Source: a virus
Lineage: Duplodnaviria > Caudoviricetes
DNA length: 64,000 bases
Reading direction: 5' to 3' (one strand)
Virus record (IMG/VR): IMGVR_UViG_3300032038_000033
Coordinates: 1 to 64,000 of that record
Shown here: one piece after another, positions 50,294 through 58,398 of the stretch
How positions within the stretch are numbered: the first letter of the stretch is position 1
Layout: every line of letters begins with the position of its first letter
Made by a program: the position numbers and the translations under genes
Notes under the pieces: generated by a model
What the model was told of the DNA's origin: nothing
Databases searched by the model: none
Seen by the model: the letters and a program-made list of their open reading frames with translations, nothing else

Positions 50294-50369
50294 GTGTCTG
50301 TAGCTCAGTTGGTAGAGCAGAGCACTTTTAATGCTAAGGTCAAGGGTTCAAATCCCTTCAGGCACACCA
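50294..50369 (+). tRNA. tRNA-Lys(TTT)
   Basis: AGCA-CTTTTAA-TGCT, CCA. Confidence 0.92.
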
Positions 50370-50506
50370 GGGTTGATATATTTTAACCTCATCTCATTCA
50401 TTTTTAATTCATCCTTTGTTTTTAAGTTCGAGTTGTTTGGACGACTATTATGTTTTTAGCACCTAAAGTAATTTTTAGGTGCTACTTTTTTACTTTTATC
50501 TAAAAG

Positions 50507-50560
50507 TTAATAATTAGTTTACATTATTATAAAGACAACTTAATAAATATCTGTTATACT
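50507..50560 (+). promoter_or_regulatory. Phage promoter, repeat-box class
   Basis: TTAATA-N5-TTTACA-N31-TATACT after terminator at 50457-50491. Confidence 0.7.
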
Positions 50561-50618
50561 ATAAGTACAGTAAAAAATACAAAACAAAACAATAATGAAA
50601 AAAATGGAGGAATTAAAA

Positions 50619-50984
50619 ATGACAAACACAACAACAAACATTCAGACATTCAACCCTTATGCAATCTATGAGGAAATTTATGGCTATGATAGCCTTGATG
50701 TAATGACAAGAGAAGAAATAGGCTCAGATTATTATTATCACACTCTTGTTAAGAATGTAAGAGAAGCAGAGAAGTTCAACTATCATACCGATTACTGGGG
50801 TTTTGATGAAGATTATCAGGAAAATGCAGTTGAATTTGTAAGAGAAGTTAAGCCTTATATCGGCAAACGAGTTGGCATTGAATGTGATGACGGCAATACT
50901 CTTATCTGTAAGATAGTGGGTGTTTTTATAGATAGACAGTATAATAGTCACCTTAAAATTCTTATTGAAGATGTTGAAGAATAA
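50619..50984 (+). CDS. Hypothetical protein
   Basis: RBS GGAGG; own promoter. Confidence 0.6.
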   Translation: MTNTTTNIQTFNPYAIYEEIYGYDSLDVMTREEIGSDYYYHTLVKNVREAEKFNYHTDYWGFDEDYQENAVEFVREVKPYIGKRVGIECDDGNTLICKIVGVFIDRQYNSHLKILIEDVEE

Positions 50985-51148
50985 AAAAGTTATTTAGTTA
51001 ATGCAAAAAAAAACAACAATTTTGTAAGGGGTTAAACTACTAATAATGTAAGTATTTAACCCCTTATACAAATAAAAATAAATTAATAATAGAGAATAAG
51101 GCGTTATAAGTTTACTAAATTGATTAGTTAGAAAGGATTTTGATTTAT

Positions 51149-51556
51149 ATGGTTAAAAGATTAAGATTAAATGAAAGTGCTAATGATGATATGGAAATCA
51201 TAGAAGTAATGAATAAAATTAAACAAAGTAATGTGTTCAATCGCAATTTTGATATATATTATTTTGTATGGAATGATAAGCATTTAGAATTAAAAGCAGG
51301 AATTATGTTAGATAGATATTTTCATTACGATAAACTATTTCTTTTTTATAATTCCGCTGAATCTAAAATTCTTAAAATGTCTTTTGAATTGTCTGAGCCA
51401 TGTGATGTGATTAATGAATCTATGAGGAGATTAGCCAATGTGTTTGACAAAGTAGATTATGATAGTGTAAATAGTTATTTAGATACTTTAAAGAATTTAT
51501 GCATAAGTAAGAGTATAGATTATATAGATTTTTATAAAGAATTTATTAGATACTAA
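51149..51556 (+). CDS. Leader-family protein (MVKRLRLNE)
   Basis: Shared motif; ACTAATA motif upstream. Confidence 0.65.
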   Translation: MVKRLRLNESANDDMEIIEVMNKIKQSNVFNRNFDIYYFVWNDKHLELKAGIMLDRYFHYDKLFLFYNSAESKILKMSFELSEPCDVINESMRRLANVFDKVDYDSVNSYLDTLKNLCISKSIDYIDFYKEFIRY

Positions 51557-51667
51557 CTTATAAAATTTATAACGCAAAAAAAAAACAAACAAATTCCTTT
51601 CATAACTAACTAATATTATAAAGTAAAATAACTTTATTATATTATAATAATGAAAGGAATTTTTATT

Positions 51668-52294
51668 ATGGTTAGAAAATTAATGATAAAAGAGAACATT
51701 AAAGTAAAGTCAAAATTAGCTAACATTATATTTAATGATGTTAAAAATAGTATTAGTAAAAAAATTAAATCATTAGGATATGATTTATTGGATGTCATTG
51801 AACTTGATAAAGATGTTACACGAAATACATCTAATTCATCAGATTGTTACATTAAATTTGATTTTAAAAGTACAGCAACTTCTGAGAGTTTTGAAACTAC
51901 TTATGATGTTCTTACTGATATAGTAGATAGATTGGATTTAAAATATAGTAAATATTGGTATAATGATTATGAATCCAGATTATATATAACTTGGGAATTT
52001 GAAACTTATGAAAATAATAATATGAAACCAGTTTATGGTTCATCACAACAGTGGTATGATAGTGACTGTTATTCATTATTAATTTGGATTTATGGTTTAT
52101 ATGATGTAGATGAGGAATTTGAGTCTGATACTGATGATGAACCTATTAGAGATATTTCAAACAAACACGAAGCCTATAGATGGTTACAAGATAAAATAGA
52201 TGAATATGGTGATGTATCATATTTTCCTTATAATGATAGATTGAAATTAAATAAATTGATTGATAGATTTGGTAATACTTATTTTTGGAGATAA
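51668..52294 (+). CDS. Leader-family protein (MVRKLMIKE); C-terminal module shared with 32813
   Basis: AYRWLQDK...LIDRFGNTYFWR; upstream region resembles that of 27791. Confidence 0.68.
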   Translation: MVRKLMIKENIKVKSKLANIIFNDVKNSISKKIKSLGYDLLDVIELDKDVTRNTSNSSDCYIKFDFKSTATSESFETTYDVLTDIVDRLDLKYSKYWYNDYESRLYITWEFETYENNNMKPVYGSSQQWYDSDCYSLLIWIYGLYDVDEEFESDTDDEPIRDISNKHEAYRWLQDKIDEYGDVSYFPYNDRLKLNKLIDRFGNTYFWR

Positions 52295-52349
52295 TAAATA
52301 ATATAAAAAATACAAGTGTTTCACTTGTATTTTTTTTTACTTTGTAAAT

Positions 52350-52403
52350 TTAATAATTTCTTTACAAATAAAATAAGTATTAGTAATAAATATATGTTAT
52401 ACT
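52350..52403 (+). promoter_or_regulatory. Phage promoter, repeat-box class
   Basis: TTAATA-N5-TTTACA-N31-TATACT. Confidence 0.7.
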
Positions 52404-52450
52404 ATAAGTGTACTAAGAAAGTAATTAAGTTATTTAAGGAGGAATTATAT

Positions 52451-52615
52451 ATGATGAGAAGATATTATAATACAGATTATATTGCTACATTAAATTTATA
52501 TTCTTCAATAGAAGAAGCTGAAAAAGAATTAGAGACAAAAGGTGAATTTTATTACTTAGTTCGAGTGTATGATAGCAAAACAAAATTGTTTTGTGGTTAT
52601 GGAGTTGAATATTAA
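52451..52615 (+). CDS. Small hypothetical protein
   Basis: RBS AAGGAGG; start reassigned. Confidence 0.6.
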   Translation: MMRRYYNTDYIATLNLYSSIEEAEKELETKGEFYYLVRVYDSKTKLFCGYGVEY

Positions 52616-52631
52616 TAAGGAGGAATTAATT

Positions 52632-52817
52632 ATGAAAGATTTAGCAATTAATAGGTATCTTAATGAAGATACAAGAAAACAGGGAATTGTTATTAATGGA
52701 GAAGTTTATTCACTTCATATTACACATAATAATGAAGTAATTATTACTGATAATCATGATTATACAATCATATATCAGATTACATCATTAGATTTTTGGA
52801 GAAATTGTTGCGAATAA
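52632..52817 (+). CDS. Small hypothetical protein
   Basis: RBS AAGGAGG; start reassigned. Confidence 0.6.
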   Translation: MKDLAINRYLNEDTRKQGIVINGEVYSLHITHNNEVIITDNHDYTIIYQITSLDFWRNCCE

Positions 52818-52838
52818 TGATTAGAGGAGGTTATTGGT

Positions 52839-53042
52839 ATGAAAGCATTTGTTTGTATTGTCGAAGATTATGAAGGTAATAAGACACCAAATCGTGTTTT
52901 TGCAGAAAATGAAATCGAAGCTCGTAATAAGTTGATAAAAATATTTCCTAAATGTTATGTAAGTAAGGCTGTTCGTTTTAAAGATTATGTATTAAATAAG
53001 GAAAATAAAAATAAGATTGTAAATATGTTTACAGAAGATTAA
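52839..53042 (+). CDS. Small hypothetical protein
   Basis: RBS AGGAGG. Confidence 0.6.
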   Translation: MKAFVCIVEDYEGNKTPNRVFAENEIEARNKLIKIFPKCYVSKAVRFKDYVLNKENKNKIVNMFTED

Positions 53043-53046
53043 AAGT

Positions 53047-53190
53047 TATGCAGTGGCGGAATAGGTAGACGCTGATGAGGATGGGAAGATATACAATTGC
53101 CTGTGGCGACAGTGAGTTACAATATATAGTATGTAGCAAATAGCTGAAGTGAAAGTATATTATATGTGGTGCAAATCCACATCTGCATAA
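53047..53190 (+). ncRNA. tRNA-Leu-like RNA with expanded central domain
   Basis: TATGCAG/CTGCATA acceptor, D arm TGGCGGAATAGGTAGACGC, T arm TGTGG-TGCAAAT-CCACA; no encoded CCA. Confidence 0.6.
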
Positions 53191-53230
53191 TATTTATAAA
53201 AAAGAAAATTACAGAAAGGATTTAAAAATT

Positions 53231-53434
53231 ATGAAAGAACAATGGCAGATAGAATTTGCAAGAAAAATTTGCAGGGAGCGTAAACTCAATTATAAAATAA
53301 AAGATGAGGCATTGTATCTGTTTGTGCCTCAGGCAGGTCATTATACGAGGTCGTGTTTTAGTTTACTTGATTATGATTCTAAAGAAGACATATTGGATAT
53401 GATAGTAAGAGAAATTTATACTTGGCAGATTTGA
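53231..53434 (+). CDS. Small hypothetical protein
   Basis: RBS GAAAGGA. Confidence 0.55.
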   Translation: MKEQWQIEFARKICRERKLNYKIKDEALYLFVPQAGHYTRSCFSLLDYDSKEDILDMIVREIYTWQI

Positions 53435-53455
53435 AGTGTAAGAAAGGATAAACTT

Positions 53456-53740
53456 ATGACTATAAAGAAATTTGTAAAATTATTTGATAAGAAATCTATT
53501 GAAAAAGGTTTAGAATTTTATGTTGTTGCCAATAATTCACTACAGAACATATATCTAAAACTTACACCAGAAGTTATTAAATCATTCATTGGCAAAATAG
53601 AAATTGACAACAATTCTATTTTTCTCCTTGATGAAGTTGTAACTGGTATTGTGATTCCTATTGATATGCACGCAGCAACATTAGTTTCTTTAAAGCAGTT
53701 TGATAAAGATGATTGGATTGAATGTACTTTGAAAGGATGA
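53456..53740 (+). CDS. Hypothetical protein
   Basis: RBS GAAAGGA. Confidence 0.55.
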   Translation: MTIKKFVKLFDKKSIEKGLEFYVVANNSLQNIYLKLTPEVIKSFIGKIEIDNNSIFLLDEVVTGIVIPIDMHAATLVSLKQFDKDDWIECTLKG

Positions 53741-54336
53741 TTTTAGTTTTGAATAATAAAAAAGAATATATAATAGTTTTAATAGTATTTATACTTATGG
53801 TATTTGTCATATCAATAATAGCTATTAAAAATAGTGGTACTAATATTACTGATAATAAAGTAGATAGTAATACCACTACTACCATCACTACCACAGATAC
53901 TAAAGAAACTACTACGACAACTACCCCTAAAGTTACTACAACTACTACTAAAGCTACTACCAAGAAAAAGAAGAAAACTACTACAACTACAACTACAACC
54001 ACGACAACTCCTATAGAAGCTACTACAACTACTGAATATATTGAAACATATTATGCAGAATATTCTCCTTATGATTTACAAACTATGGGTGTTATTTATT
54101 GGGGCAATTATAGATATACTTATTATAGTGAACTTGTATTGCCTGGATATGGACTTGACATTGACGGTAGACACATTGATGAAAATGGATTTGTATGTGA
54201 TGGTAATGGCTATATATGTGTAGCTTCAAGTGCTTTGGAGTGGGGAACTATTGTAGATACTCCATTCGGAAAGCAAGGTAAAGTGTATGATAGTGGTTGT
54301 GCTTATGATACGATAGATATTTATGTACATTGGTAA
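53722..54336 (+). CDS. Membrane-anchored Thr-rich protein with C-terminal 3D-like (cell-wall-active) domain
   Basis: TM, poly-Thr linker, YICVAS..GTIVDTPFG..VYDSGC..IDIYV; true start probably slightly downstream. Confidence 0.6.
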   Translation: MYFERMILVLNNKKEYIIVLIVFILMVFVISIIAIKNSGTNITDNKVDSNTTTTITTTDTKETTTTTTPKVTTTTTKATTKKKKKTTTTTTTTTTTPIEATTTTEYIETYYAEYSPYDLQTMGVIYWGNYRYTYYSELVLPGYGLDIDGRHIDENGFVCDGNGYICVASSALEWGTIVDTPFGKQGKVYDSGCAYDTIDIYVHW

Positions 54337-54482
54337 CTAAAAATTTAATAGTTTTAACAATATAAGTTCTACAATTTATATGTAGAACTTATATTTATTT
54401 ATACTTAATTTACAAAATTACATATATTTATTAATACGATATGTGTTATAATGTAATTATACAATTAAAAGGGGTATATTTT

Positions 54483-55130
54483 ATGAAGATAGGATTAAAT
54501 GATATAAATAAAACATATTATGCCGTTAGAAAAGGTTATAATCCTGGCATATATGATAATTGGGAAGATTGTAAAAAGCAAATACATAAATATAGTGGAG
54601 CAGAGTATAAGAAATTTAAAAATAAAGTTGATGCTGAAAATTTTATTAAGGGTATTGAATTTAATAATGATATTAGTGATATAGATACTACTAATTATTA
54701 TAAAGCATATACTGACGGTAGTTGTGATAGAGATAATGGTATATTTTCTTATGGCTTTGTTATACTTGATAATAATGATTTTGTTATTACAAGATGCTAT
54801 CAAGGATATGAAAATAGCGAGTTTAAAGAACACGCTAATATTTCTGGTGAGTGTTTTGGTGTTCTTAAAGCATTGAAATATTGTGTTAAAAACAATATTA
54901 GCAATATTATTATATATCATGATTATTTAGGTGTATCTCAGTGGGCTAATGATTTGTGGCAAACTAATACACCTATATCTAAGTATTATAAAGCAGAAAT
55001 AGATAAATTTCGTGATAAACTTAATTTTAAATTTGTGTGGGTAAGAGGACATCAAGGTAATAGGTACAATGAGCAGGCTGACCAATTAGCTAAGTTAGGA
55101 CTTAAAAATTTTACTCAATCTTTCCTTTAA
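54483..55130 (+). CDS. rnhA: RNase HI with N-terminal hybrid-binding domain
   Basis: YYAVRKG.NPGIYDNW..C; YTDGS; GE; HDY; WVRGH..YNEQADQLA. Confidence 0.92.
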   Translation: MKIGLNDINKTYYAVRKGYNPGIYDNWEDCKKQIHKYSGAEYKKFKNKVDAENFIKGIEFNNDISDIDTTNYYKAYTDGSCDRDNGIFSYGFVILDNNDFVITRCYQGYENSEFKEHANISGECFGVLKALKYCVKNNISNIIIYHDYLGVSQWANDLWQTNTPISKYYKAEIDKFRDKLNFKFVWVRGHQGNRYNEQADQLAKLGLKNFTQSFL

Positions 55131-55146
55131 AGGAGATTAATAGAAA

Positions 55147-55725
55147 ATGTATGTAATACAATATACAGACGGCAAATATGTCAAGAAAACAGCTACTAAA
55201 GTAACAATGACTTTCAATGAACATATTGCCGATAGATTTAGGACTGTTGAAGAAGCAAATAAGTTTATAGACAATTATATTTCCAAGAAACGGCGTAGAA
55301 GTTTTGTAATTCAAGAATCCACAATTAAAGATGAACAAATTATTTTGAAGCCTACTAAAAATATTCGTAATTCTACAATCTATGAGAAATTAGAGGATAT
55401 GATTAATAATTGTATAGAGAATGAACTTGTAAAACTTGAAAATAAGATTGCAAGATATGATGATATGATACTTGACATTAGACATTATATTCGGGATAAA
55501 AATACAAAATTAAATACAGTTTACGGCTATAAAATCATTAAACTTATGCAGGATATAGAAAGAAAGAGATTAGATTGCAAATATGAAATTGCCCGAATAG
55601 AGCAATTAAAATCCAGACTTGTAACAGATTTAAATAAATTTGATAAGTTTGAGTTTGAAGAATACAAGCCGAGAGTAATAACCAATATTGATGATTATAT
55701 TAACGGTAATAAAGAAATTGAATAA
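55147..55725 (+). CDS. Hypothetical protein
   Basis: RBS AAGGAG; DIRHYI coiled coil. Confidence 0.55.
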   Translation: MYVIQYTDGKYVKKTATKVTMTFNEHIADRFRTVEEANKFIDNYISKKRRRSFVIQESTIKDEQIILKPTKNIRNSTIYEKLEDMINNCIENELVKLENKIARYDDMILDIRHYIRDKNTKLNTVYGYKIIKLMQDIERKRLDCKYEIARIEQLKSRLVTDLNKFDKFEFEEYKPRVITNIDDYINGNKEIE

Positions 55726-55744
55726 GAAAGGATTGAATTATTTT

Positions 55745-56086
55745 ATGAAAACTTTATTGTTAGATACATCAACAAAAATTGCTTATGGAAGTTGTAACTG
55801 TGATTATTGTGGAGAAACAATAATTCCCGGTATGTATTTTGTAAGTGATATTGTGGAAAGGCATAATGATGACGGTAGTGTGGATTGTTATGATTTTAAT
55901 TCCCATATTTCTTGTAATGGAATAGCTCAAACTTATTGGGATGAAATTACTAAAAATGATACTAAAGAAATGAATATTACTACATTTATTCAAGGTATAA
56001 ACAGAATTTGTAGAGAAAGAAAACTTTGTGGACATTCCATACCTTTTGACTTAAAACTTGCAAGAGTTTATGAAACAATTTATTGA
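55745..56086 (+). CDS. Zn-binding hypothetical protein
   Basis: CDYCGETI.PG..Y, HISC. Confidence 0.55.
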   Translation: MKTLLLDTSTKIAYGSCNCDYCGETIIPGMYFVSDIVERHNDDGSVDCYDFNSHISCNGIAQTYWDEITKNDTKEMNITTFIQGINRICRERKLCGHSIPFDLKLARVYETIY

Positions 56087-56097
56087 GGAATATTTTT

Positions 56098-56253
56098 ATG
56101 ATTGTGTTAGTTGTAATTGTTGCTATTTTAGTTTTTATAGCATTTTCTTTTATGATACATTTACTGGTTGTTGCCAATAAAAGAACAGAGGGAGCTATAC
56201 AAAGAGCTAAAGAAACAAAAATAGATTATGAAGAATTAGATAAATTTTTTTAA
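56098..56253 (+). CDS. Small membrane protein (51 aa, not in ORF track)
   Basis: MIVLVVIVAILVFIAFSFMIHLLVVANKR; RBS GAGG. Confidence 0.55.
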   Translation: MIVLVVIVAILVFIAFSFMIHLLVVANKRTEGAIQRAKETKIDYEELDKFF

Positions 56254-56825
56254 TGAGGAAAGGAAAGATGATACTAATGTATAAGAAATTAAGAGAATGG
56301 ATAAAGTATAATTCAGATAAGGCAGTTGATATAAAATTATCTAACATAGATATAGTATACGATATACACCAAACAGGTAAGTTTAAGCCTTCTGAATCTA
56401 TGTATACTAAAGTATTACCTTGTGTTGTTAAGCAAAATGGTGATAGATATATTCTTATTGCTAACTGGTATGCTTATACATATTTCCGCTATCTTAATTT
56501 ACTTAACACTAAGATAAAGTGTATTATTGTAAATCGAGATAGAGATGATTTCTTTAATTATATAGAAAATCTTTCTTATTATCAAACTTCTGTTAAGATG
56601 AATATAAATGATATTATAATCCCGAAAGATTTTATTACTCATAAGCCGAAAGATAGTAAAATAAATAGTGTTATTAATTATTATAATAAATATAAGATAA
56701 TGGATAAGAGCTTGTGTGTAAATCCTGATAATGTTCTTATGAACGGTTATATAAGATATTTAGCTTTTGTTAAGTTAGGAGTTAAAGAAGTTACAGTAGA
56801 AAAAACTTTTGTAGAGGAGAAGTAA
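56253..56825 (+). CDS. ParB/Srx-like domain protein
   Basis: Duplicated pattern ending VLMNGYIRYLA..LGVKEV. Confidence 0.5.
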   Translation: MRKGKMILMYKKLREWIKYNSDKAVDIKLSNIDIVYDIHQTGKFKPSESMYTKVLPCVVKQNGDRYILIANWYAYTYFRYLNLLNTKIKCIIVNRDRDDFFNYIENLSYYQTSVKMNINDIIIPKDFITHKPKDSKINSVINYYNKYKIMDKSLCVNPDNVLMNGYIRYLAFVKLGVKEVTVEKTFVEEK

Positions 56826-56834
56826 AGCGGTTAG

Positions 56835-57131
56835 ATGAATACAGCTATGATGGTTTTAATTGCAGTTATTTTAGTTCCAGCGTTTATATCTTTTTCTATT
56901 ATCTTAGCATTAGTATTATTATCTTTAAAGAAGTTACCTTCAATGTATAAGTTTTCTTTTAAGTTGCTGAATGATTGTGCTAAAAACATTCTTCTTGATA
57001 TTTTTGGATGTCGGCAGAACTTCATAATTATTCTAAGTCCAATCGTAAATATTTTGGTTTTAATTCTACTTATATTCGACATAACTTATTTTTATAAACT
57101 TACAAAAAGGTACATTATCAATAAGGGGTGA
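56835..57131 (+). CDS. Hypothetical membrane protein
   Basis: Two hydrophobic segments. Confidence 0.5.
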   Translation: MNTAMMVLIAVILVPAFISFSIILALVLLSLKKLPSMYKFSFKLLNDCAKNILLDIFGCRQNFIIILSPIVNILVLILLIFDITYFYKLTKRYIINKG

Positions 57132-57439
57132 TTGCTATGAAAGATGAAATTGTCGAATTTATTAATAAAAGATTTAAAGACAAAGATTGTGATTGGATGA
57201 ATGGTAATTGTTATTATTTTGCTTTAATTCTGCACGATAGATTTCCTGAAACTAAAATAGTTTATGATACATTGGAAGGTCATTTTCTTATTTTAGATAG
57301 TGATACTTCTAATCTTTTCCCTCTCTACGATTATAAGGGTAAGCATATGATAAATGGTCGTCATTTAATTGTCTGGGATAGATTTGACGAATATGACCCA
57401 CTACTAAAGAAAAGAATTGAAAGGGATTGTTTACTATGA
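57128..57439 (+). CDS. Hypothetical protein (papain-like C/H/D pattern)
   Basis: GNCYYFA, GHF, YDYKG. Confidence 0.5.
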   Translation: MIAMKDEIVEFINKRFKDKDCDWMNGNCYYFALILHDRFPETKIVYDTLEGHFLILDSDTSNLFPLYDYKGKHMINGRHLIVWDRFDEYDPLLKKRIERDCLL

Positions 57440-57678
57440 ATGTGTTTAAAAGATTATTTTGTAAACACCAGAACAAAATCTGCATAACTAATTTTCACGG
57501 AGATGTGATACATTGGGTTAGTTATGGAAATAAAATTATAAGAAGTGCTTGGACTTGTAAAGATTGTGGCAAGATTATTTATAGCGAATACTTAGAGCCA
57601 AGCTGTAATGTTATTAACTGGAATTTAACTTGGAATGAAGAAGGACATTTGGTCGATATGAGAAAGGAAAACAAATGA
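57436..57678 (+). CDS. Small Zn-ribbon protein (DUF1660-like)
   Basis: KRLFCKH...CKDCGK. Confidence 0.55.
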   Translation: MNVFKRLFCKHQNKICITNFHGDVIHWVSYGNKIIRSAWTCKDCGKIIYSEYLEPSCNVINWNLTWNEEGHLVDMRKENK

Positions 57679-58122
57679 TAAAGCCTGCTGTATTGTATGA
57701 AGAAGAATTAACTAAAAAATTAAGAGAAACGTGGTATGATGAAAAATATAAATACTATCATTTCGGTAATTTCTTTACAGATTTTGATATTGTAAAAGAT
57801 ACATTCAATAATCATCAATTTGTTTCTGTAGATAAGAATGATAATATTTTAGGTTATTTTAGCTACGGCGTTGATAGAGTAGCTTACAATGCAAATGAAT
57901 TTGGTATTATAGCATTTGAAAATTATTCTTTGACTTTCGGTAAAGACTTACATCAAGTGTTTGATGATATTTTTATAAAATATAATCTTAATAAAGTTAC
58001 TTTTTTCTGTGTTGTTGGAAATCCTATTATGCCCTATTATATAAAGATGATAAATAAGTTAGGTGGCAGATACATAGGAGAATACAAAAATCACGTTAAA
58101 TTGATGGACGGCAAAATTTATG
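57675..58122 (+). pseudogene. RimJ/RimL-type GNAT acetyltransferase, 5' part, interrupted by the IscB element
   Basis: LNKV...GN...GGRYIG...LMDGKIYD; frame continues at 59700. Confidence 0.75.
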
Positions 58123-58390
58123 ATACCCTCAATAACACATAAAATGTGTTAGTATTATTAATATTTTTAATAATACTTAGGGTATTAGCCTAAGTCTTGA
58201 AATAAAGACTACGTTATTTAAGAATGATATAGTTACCTTGGAATGTTTAGCCAAGTTCCAAGCTCTAAGGCTATTGTTTAAACAATCTTATAATTGTAGA
58301 GATAGTGATGATAGTAAAAACCTTAAATAACATTGGCGATGGCTACATTACAGTATTTTTAGATACTGAATTACTTAATTATAAGTTAGG
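58123..58390 (+). ncRNA. omegaRNA (HEARO-like) scaffold
   Basis: ATACCCT/AGGGTAT first stem, TAGCCTAAG, GACTACGTTA, CTTGGAA/TTCCAAG, AACATTGGCGA; directly upstream of iscB. Confidence 0.8.
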
Positions 58391-58398
58391 AAGATTTT

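Noticed and set aside
53658-54002. Poly-Val minus-strand ORF
   Set aside because: Antisense shadow of the Thr-codon repeat.
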